DNA of 64,000 nt from Amoebophrya sp. A120 (lineage: Eukaryota; Protista; Dinoflagellata): assembly GCA_905178155.1 (NCBI GenBank), contig CAJINV010000004.1:5268258-5332257 (forward strand), written 5' to 3'. The translations under genes were made by a program, and so were the position numbers. Every line of letters begins with the position of its first letter. The first letter of the stretch is position 1. Below the pieces are notes generated by a model. The model searched no databases. It was not told the DNA's origin and saw only the letters and a list, made by a program, of their open reading frames with translations. Of the stretch, positions 54,501 through 60,800 are shown piece after piece.

Positions 54501-56963
54501 TTCTGCTAGCTTGCAACTTCGTCCTGTTCTTTGTGCGTTTGCTGTCAGAAGTGGTACAACTGTCAGCGTAGTGGCGGTCGTAGTTTCGTGTACCAGCACC
54601 CAAAGCCCCGGCAAGTTTTTGTCGGAGGTCTTGTTGATCTTGTTTTTGCTCCCTTCTACTTCCGCTTGTTCGCTTCGAACTGCTACAACGACCCGTGGAC
54701 CACGACCATAATCTACTCGACCATAATCTACCTCTGGGACGTCGACTTCTTCTGCACGAGCAGCAGGACCTTCGGCTCCTCTTCTGATTCGCAGGACGTA
54801 AAAATTCCGCACCTCCTTGTTCGGGATCTGCTGGAGGCAGAAAGCGTCGCGAAGGCCGCGAATAGACCTCCGGTGCTCGTCGTCCTGAGCAGGGTGAAAT
54901 TATATTAACCGTGCTTCGCTGCTGCAGCTCTGTTGACGCGACGAGGTCCACCGCCTGCTCCACGAAGTGGAGTTCTTCTTGTTGCACATCTTCACGTCTA
55001 CCACGGGTTGTTGTACTCGTGTTAAGCAAAAACTCGGAAGCAGCAAAACGCTTATGACGGCGATAAAATATTCATTTCAAAAATATTCACGGAGCCAAAA
55101 AAAAAATTTTTCGGCCAGTGGCCGCCCAGCCGGGCCGAAGCGCGCCGCGCCATGCGTGAGGCATTGCAGAGCGCTAACGCGCCTGCGATGCCCCGACGCA
55201 GGTACTACCCGGAAGTCGCTTGCTGGGCCCAGTCGGTCGATGGCGCTCGAGAGTCAGATCCTTCAAACACACAGGGGACGGCCTGCGCGCCGGCGACATG
55301 CAAAGCCAACTTCCACAAGTTGCAGCATTCGTAGCATTCAGGCGGCAGATCACGGTCTCAAAGCTTTGAAGAAGCTGCCACGCTGCGCTGCCTTGCCCCT
55401 ACAGGCGTTGCTCGATCCCGACTGGACTCGAGCACATCCCGGTAAGTGGCGGGCATTAGAGCAGTTGCTCTAGACGGCCACACTTTGCCGAGGCGCAAAC
55501 CCCTGCAAAAGACGGGGTCGCCTGGCCTTTACCAGGATGCTTCTGCTGGCCAAGTCTATAGAAAAGCTCAGCGACTTTGTGTGCTGCCAAAGGCCGCAAA
55601 GGTTGCAAGCAGAAAAGAAGCACTTTTTTGACGTCCTCAGAGAAGGTATGAATATTTTTACTTTTTGGGCTGGTCTGGAAGGAGCATAGCAGTGGGATAC
55701 GCAAAAATATTCACCTCCCCAAAAAACGCCTGTTTTTCCCAGAAAGTGCGCACTTTTTTGGCGTTTTTCGCTGTCGCAAATTGCGCAGATGAATATTGGA
55801 TAAATCAAGTGGGAGTAGCTTCTGCTAATAAAAACGGAAACGCAGTGTCGTCGTGATTCGAAAATGAATATTGAGAAGCGAAGCGGGCGAGAGGTGTCCG
55901 CCTTGGTGCAAAACAGCCACTGCCGGCGCTGTGGCGCATTTCAGTTCAGCCTTGGCCTTTACAGGAGTAGCGCTTGCGTCTGGGCGAAGTGGGCCTTTCC
56001 AGATTCTGCAGAAAAACTCCGCGGGGTCCCCGCAAAGCGAGGGCGCCCAGCCACCTAGCAAGCAATCCGCCAAAGCGCGCGCGACATCGTTTTCTTTAGA
56101 GAGGAAGGAGCACAGTTGAGGCGTAGGCCTTGATATCTCTCGGCCCTGGAAGTCGCCGAACGCGTTTCGTGCGCTTTCTGGGCCAGGATTTCTACATGAA
56201 GCGCCGCAGCGAAGCTCTCGCGCGCGCATGTCGCTGAGTCTTTTTTCTAGGCGTTCACTAATTGCGCAAAAAAAATTTTTTTTCGGCCCTGTTGCACATC
56301 TTCACGTCTACCACGGGTTGTTGTACTCGTGTTAAGCAAAAACTCGGAAGCAGCAAAACGCTTCTCAGCTGGAACTAGTATAGAGCTCGCCGACGCGACA
56401 TTTTCACTGCTCTTGCCGGTCCTCAAATTGGTCGACGGAATAAAGTCGAGCGTTTTATTAGTAGAATCAGTGGTCGTGGCAGCAGCTCTTGTCGTCGTGC
56501 TATCTTTCTCTACTTGTAGCTCCTGTTCCACCTCGGGCAGATGAAGTACTAGCAGTTCTTTTTGTAACATCTCATCACCTCGCCTCCGCGCGTTGATGAC
56601 GGAGGCCCATTTTTGCACCGAGGAAGAAGGTATCGAGTGCACAAATGTCTGGGTCTGGAAGGTTGTCACTTGTGATGCTGTCTTTGGAAGGTAAAAAAAA
56701 TCTGTATTGCATGACCAGCAAGAGGAGTTCAGTTTAAGCTACGCGGAGTGGGCGTTTCTCATGCGGAATACGCATCAAAAGGCCCTTGAAAAATCTGTGA
56801 TGCTAGGTCATGCATTACAGGGGCCTCATGGGCGATGAAAAATATGCATGACAAACGTAGCAATCTTCCAGACCCAGACATTTTTGCAGTTGGTAGAAGG
56901 CGACGAGGGCGGACAGGACGGACGACGTGCCGGTGCTGCCAGGGGTTGTACTAGTGCCGACAT
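6523..56963 (-). CDS. Giant multidomain extracellular/adhesion-type protein (~8,300 aa by hand count): LNR, EGF, furin-like/Calx-beta, filamin-like Ig, PA14, sushi/CCP, LamG-like, Thr-rich mucin, CUB
   Basis: GC-rich exons between 73 TIR elements and 4 GT-AG introns translate to recognisable domain motifs. Checked junctions are in frame and the summed exon length (25002 nt) is divisible by 3. Ends ...YQINYTVTDVTTGF* (TAA 6523-6525). ATG 56963 is tentative. Not every junction was translated. Confidence 0.7.
6543..6758. mobile_element. Introner family C (TIR TATGAAAGTGCACAACTCCC)
   Basis: DR cacat. Confidence 0.9.
6759..7556 (-). CDS. Giant gene exons: C-terminal CUB domain
   Basis: YNPNTACYIEL...LDFMD(L/V)EFSPSCVFDRV...FFIEFYSNEAYESTGYQINY, split by element 6980-7241. 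Confidence 0.75.
6980..7241. mobile_element. Introner family A
   Basis: DR caagg/cacgt. Confidence 0.85.
7557..7774 (-). other. Canonical GT-AG intron
   Basis: cag|gtataa ... cttacag|att; keeps the PA14 frame. Confidence 0.75.
7775..8288 (-). CDS. Giant gene exons: PA14-like domain
   Basis: FTGHLIPGVSGTYEFKLEVFGKAQVFLEG / YALSVKYQY...LRLKWKTPDGVEQ / IVPPQFLF joined through GT-AG introns. Confidence 0.65.
7967..8076 (-). other. Canonical GT-AG intron
   Basis: cag|gtaatt ... aaacag|ctc; in frame. Confidence 0.75.
8289..8462. mobile_element. Introner family D (TIR TAT.....TGCAAAAGTATCG)
   Basis: DR gtcgt/ctcgt. Confidence 0.85.
8541..8699 (-). other. Canonical GT-AG intron
   Basis: ccg|gtacgt ... 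ctgtag|atg; in frame. Confidence 0.7.
8806..9006. mobile_element. Introner family E (TAT....GAAAAAA..GT, heterogeneous)
   Basis: DR cccac. Confidence 0.85.
9312..9546. mobile_element. Introner family C
   Basis: DR cctgt. Confidence 0.85.
9568..9780. mobile_element. Introner family E
   Basis: DR cacaa; near-identical to 29998-30207. Confidence 0.9.
9842..10120. mobile_element. Introner family B
   Basis: DR gcgtg. Confidence 0.9.
10210..10369 (-). other. Canonical GT-AG intron
   Basis: agg|gtatag ... ttccgcag|gta; gives QGYFLLPLD...QCKMGY. Confidence 0.75.
10705..11007. mobile_element. Introner family A (divergent)
   Basis: DR gcttg/gtttg. Confidence 0.8.
11026..11282. mobile_element. Atypical/degenerate non-canonical intron
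   Basis: TAC..ATA ends, short IR gtcgtgc/gcacgac; removal plus 5 nt restores the frame. Confidence 0.6.
11475..11801. mobile_element. Introner family F (TIR TATC..AAGGAAAAATCCCCC)
   Basis: DR cgtgg. Confidence 0.9.
11802..13091 (-). CDS. Giant gene exons: sushi/CCP-like repeats
   Basis: ORFs 11754..12287 and 12506..13054 contain C-P...C..GY....G.....C...G.W patterns. Confidence 0.75.
12247..12525. mobile_element. Introner family A
   Basis: DR cgtag. Confidence 0.9.
13092..13352. mobile_element. Introner family A
   Basis: DR actcg/acgtg. Confidence 0.85.
13353..15228 (-). CDS. Giant gene exon: LamG/concanavalin-like segment plus sushi-like segment
   Basis: ORF 13348..15294: HMAYSWD...ALFINGEEV...ISRVRFYD; LQCNAGY. 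Confidence 0.6.
15229..15552. mobile_element. Introner family G (TIR TATGAAAGCCTCAG...AATCCTCAAAGTGGA)
   Basis: long TIR, DR agcgc. Confidence 0.9.
16259..16409. mobile_element. Introner family D
   Basis: DR ggtgt. Confidence 0.9.
16448..16708. mobile_element. Introner family A
   Basis: DR ccggt. Confidence 0.9.
17456..17722. mobile_element. Introner family A
   Basis: DR ccagt/ccaat; opposite orientation to 16448-16708. Confidence 0.9.
18583..18847. mobile_element. Introner family A
   Basis: DR gttct. Confidence 0.9.
18848..20425 (-). CDS. Giant gene exon: Thr-rich mucin-like and Cys-containing region
   Basis: ORF 18625..20397 with a long poly-Thr run and many N-x-S/T sequons. Confidence 0.75.
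20207..20312. repeat. (GTN)n trinucleotide repeat encoding poly-Thr on the minus strand
   Basis: gtggtcgtcgtcgtggttgaacttgtggtcgtgg... run. Confidence 0.85.
20426..20687. mobile_element. Introner family A
   Basis: DR gcttg/acttg; inverted near-copy of 18583-18847. Confidence 0.9.
21221..21448. mobile_element. Introner family A
   Basis: DR cgcta/tgcta. Confidence 0.85.
21494..21759. mobile_element. Introner family A
   Basis: DR caagc. Confidence 0.9.
21760..22553 (-). CDS. Giant gene exon: sushi/CCP repeats
   Basis: ORF 21748..22566: GSSAAVSCQAGY, GESVVITCMEGY. Confidence 0.75.
22554..22790. mobile_element. Introner family C
   Basis: DR cgcgt/tgcgt. Confidence 0.85.
22906..23191. mobile_element. 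Introner family B
   Basis: DR tgtcc. Confidence 0.9.
23341..23602. mobile_element. Introner family A
   Basis: DR ccatt; left end CAT. Confidence 0.9.
23709..23928. mobile_element. Introner family E
   Basis: DR ctacc/ctgcc. Confidence 0.85.
24004..24259. mobile_element. Introner family A
   Basis: DR cgtcc. Confidence 0.9.
24260..25029 (-). CDS. Giant gene exon: LamG/pentraxin-like domain plus sushi
   Basis: ORF 24177..24995: TWCVWVK...WQHLCYVW...EFYIN...PRLYNYRLTEDQI. Confidence 0.7.
25030..25355. mobile_element. Introner family F
   Basis: DR acccg/aaccg. Confidence 0.9.
25457..25742. mobile_element. Introner family B
   Basis: DR tggtg/cggtg. Confidence 0.9.
25983..26131. mobile_element. 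Introner family D
   Basis: DR ctggt. Confidence 0.9.
26410..26637. mobile_element. Introner family C
   Basis: DR ccgga/cagga. Confidence 0.9.
26679..26948. mobile_element. Introner family A
   Basis: DR caact/caagt; left end CAT. Confidence 0.85.
27348..27616. mobile_element. Introner family H (TIR TAT.....GCTCAGGTGTTACAATCTCAAACGTT)
   Basis: DR ttgca. Confidence 0.9.
27846..28114. mobile_element. Introner family A
   Basis: DR cacga/tacca; frame check supports this boundary. Confidence 0.85.
28174..28425. mobile_element. Introner family H
   Basis: DR cagca/cagct. Confidence 0.9.
28472..28727. mobile_element. Introner family A
   Basis: DR cgccc. Confidence 0.9.
28728..29402 (-). CDS. Giant gene exon: three sushi/CCP repeats
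   Basis: ORF 28675..29373: GSRAKFECNVGF, GSIAQIRCKPGF, NSEVFFECLPGW. Confidence 0.8.
29403..29577. mobile_element. Introner family I (TIR ...GCAGGCAGGTCATATTTGTA)
   Basis: DR gttgc. Confidence 0.9.
29629..29880. mobile_element. Introner family H
   Basis: DR cacca. Confidence 0.9.
29998..30207. mobile_element. Introner family E
   Basis: DR ctttg. Confidence 0.9.
30270..30419. mobile_element. Introner family D
   Basis: DR ggcac. Confidence 0.9.
31040..31325. mobile_element. Introner family B
   Basis: DR tcttc. Confidence 0.9.
31636..31869. mobile_element. Introner family A
   Basis: DR tgcac. Confidence 0.9.
32075..32388. mobile_element. Introner family J (TIR TATTACA(A/G)TGAAAAATGCCCC)
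   Basis: DR cgtct. Confidence 0.9.
32389..32908 (-). CDS. Giant gene exon: PA14 domain
   Basis: ORF 32356..32883: RLTGYLYV...TDGGINFWLDG...GYTPIRLEYF...LQLYWSG...IPSTSLY. Confidence 0.8.
32909..33165. mobile_element. Introner family A
   Basis: DR tgttg. Confidence 0.9.
33246..33528. mobile_element. Introner family B
   Basis: DR tgagt. Confidence 0.9.
33589..33861. mobile_element. Introner family A
   Basis: DR cgcga/cgtga. Confidence 0.85.
33862..38930 (-). CDS. Giant gene exons: filamin-like Ig repeats
   Basis: QQDGRYSLFFTPQRLGFYYLEVKIN, DNLDGSYHVKYT, ITAKDSYN, LQSKDENN motifs across several exons. Confidence 0.65.
34633..34873. mobile_element. Introner family K (TIR TATGG..TTCTCAAATGTTAC..TCTCAACTGTTAC)
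   Basis: DR tcgtc. Confidence 0.9.
35005..35286. mobile_element. Introner family A
   Basis: DR gtgca; right end GTA. Confidence 0.9.
35353..35632. mobile_element. Introner family B
   Basis: DR agccc/agcac. Confidence 0.9.
35699..35975. mobile_element. Introner family A
   Basis: DR ggacg. Confidence 0.9.
36031..36282. mobile_element. Introner family A
   Basis: DR caaac/ccacc. Confidence 0.85.
36352..36558. mobile_element. Introner family L (TIR TAT......AAAAAAGTTC)
   Basis: DR gttca. Confidence 0.85.
36884..37157. mobile_element. Introner family B
   Basis: DR ggctc/ggttc. Confidence 0.85.
37214..37382. mobile_element. Introner family D
   Basis: DR taaag; left end CAT. Confidence 0.85.
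37631..37890. mobile_element. Introner family A
   Basis: DR acgcc/aggcc; right end CTA. Confidence 0.85.
37945..38205. mobile_element. Introner family A
   Basis: DR cccgg/cacgg. Confidence 0.85.
38931..39183. mobile_element. Introner family A
   Basis: DR ctgca. Confidence 0.9.
39663..40270 (+). repeat. Tandem array of ~68-bp unit (GGCCACGCCTACCGACCTACCCACCCACCTGCCTGGTGGGGGGGTGGGG...)
   Basis: about 9 imperfect units, directly visible. Confidence 0.9.
41555..42090 (+). repeat. Second tandem array of the same ~68-bp unit
   Basis: unit starts at 41572 and 41640; same order of variants as the first array. Confidence 0.9.
43442..43955. mobile_element. 514-bp MITE-like element, 24-bp imperfect TIR, 9-bp TSD GATTTTTTT (Mutator-like TSD length)
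   Basis: ggttgttatacaggaatctcaacg ... cgttgagatacctgtagtacaacc; TSD 43433-43441 and 43956-43964; subterminal TCTCAACG repeats. Confidence 0.85.
43762..43859. repeat. Perfect 62-bp GC palindrome followed by degenerate CCCTAAA telomere-like repeats
   Basis: 43762-43823 equals its own reverse complement; then ccctaaaccccaaatcctaaacccgaaaccctaaacc. Confidence 0.9.
44077..44361. mobile_element. Introner family B
   Basis: DR ccacc. Confidence 0.9.
44463..44714. mobile_element. Introner family H
   Basis: DR tggga. Confidence 0.9.
44924..45201. mobile_element. Introner family B
   Basis: DR tgcgg. Confidence 0.9.
45264..45591. mobile_element. Introner family J
   Basis: DR cgccc. Confidence 0.9.
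45916..46216. mobile_element. Introner family B
   Basis: DR cagcg. Confidence 0.9.
46293..46571. mobile_element. Introner family B
   Basis: DR aggtt. Confidence 0.9.
46629..46891. mobile_element. Introner family A
   Basis: DR gttgc. Confidence 0.9.
47184..47467. mobile_element. Introner family B
   Basis: DR ggaac. Confidence 0.9.
47521..47782. mobile_element. Introner family A
   Basis: DR agatc. Confidence 0.9.
48417..48682. mobile_element. Introner family A
   Basis: DR tccac; right end GTA. Confidence 0.9.
48683..49276 (-). CDS. Giant gene exon: furin-like Cys-rich repeats and Calx-beta start
   Basis: ORF 48655..49236: CxxC repeats followed by GVFEFESPRYHVFQDSTYIDVLVVR. Confidence 0.65.
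49277..49545. mobile_element. Introner family A
   Basis: DR tgtcg. Confidence 0.9.
49546..50184 (-). CDS. Giant gene exon: tandem EGF-like repeats
   Basis: ORF 49400..50305: CHPNCIHGTCIAPDLCHCDAGWKGPHC and further repeats. Confidence 0.85.
50185..50484. mobile_element. Introner family J
   Basis: DR ctgga. Confidence 0.9.
50684..50845. mobile_element. Introner family D
   Basis: DR aggtt/acgtt. Confidence 0.85.
51086..51363. mobile_element. Introner family B
   Basis: DR gttgg; right end CTA. Confidence 0.9.
51364..51680 (-). CDS. Giant gene exon: LNR/Notch-like module
   Basis: ORF 51361..51687: MADGFCDRSNN...CFFDGGDCC. Confidence 0.75.
51681..51948. mobile_element. Introner family A
   Basis: DR gcagt. 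Confidence 0.9.
51998..52217. mobile_element. Introner family C
   Basis: DR ggttc. Confidence 0.9.
52218..55053 (-). CDS. Giant gene exon: long S/R-rich low-complexity N-terminal region ending in a hydrophobic signal/anchor segment
   Basis: ORF 52213..55029 (938 aa) ends ...FCAALYFLGLFLHLVSVCCDFALAA then enters Cys-rich sequence. Confidence 0.6.
55054..56289. mobile_element. 1.24-kb insertion of unknown class flanked by a 74-bp direct duplication of coding sequence
   Basis: 54980-55053 is identical to 56290-56363; peptide LNTSTTTRGRREDVQQ appears in both ORF 56247..56669 and ORF 52213..55029. Confidence 0.75.
56631..56895. mobile_element. Introner family A
   Basis: DR gaagg; right end GTA. 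Confidence 0.9.
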
Positions 56964-57899
56964 TATTTCTACAAGGATCTTATCACTTTGATGCTTGTCC
57001 TTGTTTGTTGCAAGATGAAGAACCCCGCTCCTTTTTGAAAAGCAAGTGGTTTCTTACTTACTTACCCCAACAAGCAGGACCTAGCTACGACAGAACCTCC
57101 ACAACCCGTGAAGCTCCTGCTGTTGCTTTGCATCTGTGCAGCTGCCCATGTTGATCCCACGTCGCCCGTCCAGATTATAACTGCCGATCGCGTGGTGGTC
57201 TTCTCCAAAAGCGGCGGCCTGAAGCAGGACCACCTGCACGTCCTCGCTCCGCCCCCCACAACGGCCTCCACGCCGGGTGTAGTGCAACAAGAGATTGACA
57301 CACGGATGAAAACAACCCGGTGACTGATAGCTGGTGCTCTGGCCCAACAACAACGAGCAGAACGACAACGACCGCCTCCACCGATCTCCTGATATAATAA
57401 TTTCACGATCTAGCACAAAAGAACTACCCAGGCTGCATTTATTTTTGTTGGGACAAGATCTTCAAGTACCTGTACCACGACGGGCACATCAATAAAATGA
57501 AAATGCGAGAAGAACGAAGTAGAAGAAAAAGATGCAATAAAAACCGATTCACACGATCTTCCAAGAATGTTGAACTCGGAAAACAAATCAATCTTTGCCA
57601 AAAATTATTTCTTCAGTAAAACTCGGCGCAGAAGTGTCTTTGTAAAAAAGCTTCTGTCGTCTGGCCACCACCAGATTCCTCGAATGGAGTCCGCTTACGT
57701 ACTTGGTCTAGTTCAACAGCCCACAGACGAACTGCATCGATCTCGTCCACAAGAATCGATATAGTACTTTATTCATTCTAAGTTGTTGTACAACTTGTGT
57801 TTGTAGTATTTATTACTTAGCACGGAGCTGCAGCACGCCCCTGCGTTCTAAAAATAATACTTAAACTGCCAGTAAACTTTCGGAGTACAGGACTACAAC

Positions 57900-60800
57900 T
57901 TACAGATCATTCCTGTCTCTTGCCGCCGTCAGAGCCCGGCGACTGTTGTCTACGATGGCGTCGATGCGAAGCGCGAGAATGTGCAGCACGTGTCCATTCC
58001 CAGTGCCGATGCGGTGCTTGATGTTCATCGTGGCCCCACTGGAATATCGTAGGAACCGGTAGTGGCTGGTGCAACCATTGACCACGTAGATGTGGCTTTC
58101 GCGCTTCTTCGGTGCTGGCGCCATGTCGAACGTCTCTCCGCTGGCTGCCATCTCCAGTTGCAGCCCGCCCTTCCGGTGGCCCCAGCCCTGGTCCTTCCAG
58201 TCCACAAAAACGCGCAGCCCCAGGACCCGGCCCGCCGGCAGCACCACCTCCGCCGCCGTCCCGTTCACCAGCAGTGGGCGAAAATCGTCGAAGAAGTATA
58301 GCTTGCAAATATGTCTGGGTGAGTTGTGACGCATGTCAGTGACTAAAAAGTGCACTGTAGAAGTGCGCCGCCAAGCATGACAAGTTTTCTCGTGCTTCTG
58401 TGCTGCGTATTCCTAATGAGAAACTGCGTTTTTGCACGACAGGCGAGAGAGGCTGCTTCTAGCTGCCACGCAATATTACAGAGTGCGGAGAAGTCATGCC
58501 AGACAAGCATGACAGGTCTCGCAATCTTCCAGACCCAGACAGACACATTATATTTGCAGTCGATAAGAAGGGGGGGCCGTCAATGTAAAGCTCGTGGGCA
58601 TTGCTCACCGACGCAAACTCGAATATCAAATGTAAAAATGTCTGGGTCTGGAAGGGTGCCAGCCTTGTCATGCAGGTTTTCCATGACCCATGAGGTCTGG
58701 TATGCGGGACATAGCATGACAGATTATGTGAGAGTTCTATCATGCCTATCCTGCACGGGAAACTGCCTCTCGATTACGTCAAAAGTGGACAGCTTTTGGT
58801 AACAATGCAACACAGATTTTTACATGCTTCAGATTTAGCATGACAAGTTGCTTTGTTCCAGCAGACCCAGACATTTTCGCATTTGATATCGAACAGCTTC
58901 ACACCATAGTGGGCGAGGTCGTAGTAGGTGTCCAGATTGTCCGCCGACGGCACGCGCCGCGCAACGGCGTCGAAGCCGGCCAGCGCGGGCGGGTGGAGGT
59001 CGGCCTGATCCTCCAGTATCTGGATCTCTCAAAAGGAAAAATCCCCCCTCCGCCCCATATCGGAAACGAAACTTGTGCCGCTGCATTTTTTGAGAAGTAC
59101 ACAACTCGACTTGTATTGCTAGAAGGCCAACAAGAGCCGCAGCTGTGGCCTCGTTTATTGCAGGCCATTGGTCATGCTGTTTCCCACTTCCAGCTGCCTC
59201 CTGTCGTAACATACTGAAGACGCAAGGCTTTCCCACGCCACCCGGCACTACAGCGCGCATCTTTTCCCTTCTAGCAATGACATTGTGACCACAAATCTGC
59301 ATCACAGATTTCCGTTTTGATATCATGGGAAGGAGGGATTTTTCTTCTTGATAGGATCCCGCACACGTTTAAAATCTCCGTAGCGCCGGGCGCTCCGACG
59401 CGCGCCGTGTCCCACGCAACGTAGAATTCCCGCACAACCCGCCCCAGCAGGGGGATTATCAAATGCAAATATGTCTGGGTCTGGAAAATTGTAATGCTAA
59501 AAGTGAATGATAGACGCACTGCAATGCGCAACTATGCATGACAAATTTCTTGGCTGCCATGTCTTACGTATTCCGGATGGCAAAGTGCGTTTTTGCATGA
59601 CAGGTAAGTGGGCCTTTTCGTGCCTATGCAACACAGATTCTCGAGTCATACCAGACAAGCATGACAAACTTGCATTCTTCCAGACCCAGACATTTTTACA
59701 TTTGATAGGGATGTCCACGTAGCGAAAGGCGGGGTCGTACAGGGTGGCCACATTCACGGGGGCCGTCACGGAAGCATCCGCGGGGTGGGCCACGCTTTGA
59801 ATGCGATCGGGGTGGGCCGGGTCCAGGTTGCCCAGCGCCGTCTCCTCAGAGGCATCGTTTCTCACATAGACTCGTGCTTTCTTGAGACGGTTCTCGCGCC
59901 CGCTTATTGCGAGGAAAAATTAAATCCCCCCCTCCCCATACAGACGAGGCACGCCTGCGGCGATTCGTATGGATTGCAAAAGTGTCTGGGTCTGGAAGAT
60001 TGCCAGGTTTGTCATGCAGGTTTTCCATAACGCATGAGGTCTGGTATGTAGGACATAGCATGACAGATTCTGCGAAGCCTTTCCAATGCCTATCCTGCAT
60101 GAGAAACTGCCTCTCGATTAGGTCAAAAGTGCACAACCTTTGGCAATCATGCAAGACTGTCTTTTGCCTGCTTCAGATGTAGCATGACAAGTTGCATTCT
60201 TCCAGACCCAGACATTTTTACATTTGATAGTTCGTTTGCAGTGCTGATTTGTGACCACAAATCCGCCCCGTCCTATGCAAGAAGGCAAGCCCACCGGCTC
60301 CGCCGCATTATACCGGCGGTTTGTGATGCTGTTGGTCCTTCAGTGTAGTCATACTGGGCGGGTATGTCAAACCCTCTCTGCTCAGGCTTAGCATATGCCT
60401 GCAGTTTTTCTACTGCAAGACAAACCGGAAATGTAGTGCTGTAAGCAAATCCAGCATCAGAAATTTCGTTTCGGTGTGGGGAGGGGGGTTTTATTTCCTT
60501 TTGGTAACGCTCTTGCCCGCCTCACTCGTGTACGCAGCCCCGTAGTTGTACAGCCGCCAAATCGCGACTGCGCGCTGCCCGCCCTCGGAATCCTTAAACT
60601 TGGCGAACCAGTAAGGTGCGCCGTCGCCCTCCGCCGAGTGCCAACAGCTGCCGTGCCGTGTCGGGTTGGGCGACATGTAGAAGGGGAGCCCCGTGCCCGT
60701 CTTATCGCGAGGAAAAATCCGCGCCGCGCCCCATATCGACGAAACGGCACGCCTCAGAAACTTTGCAATGCGGATTTGTGGCCACAAATCGCGTCTGTCT

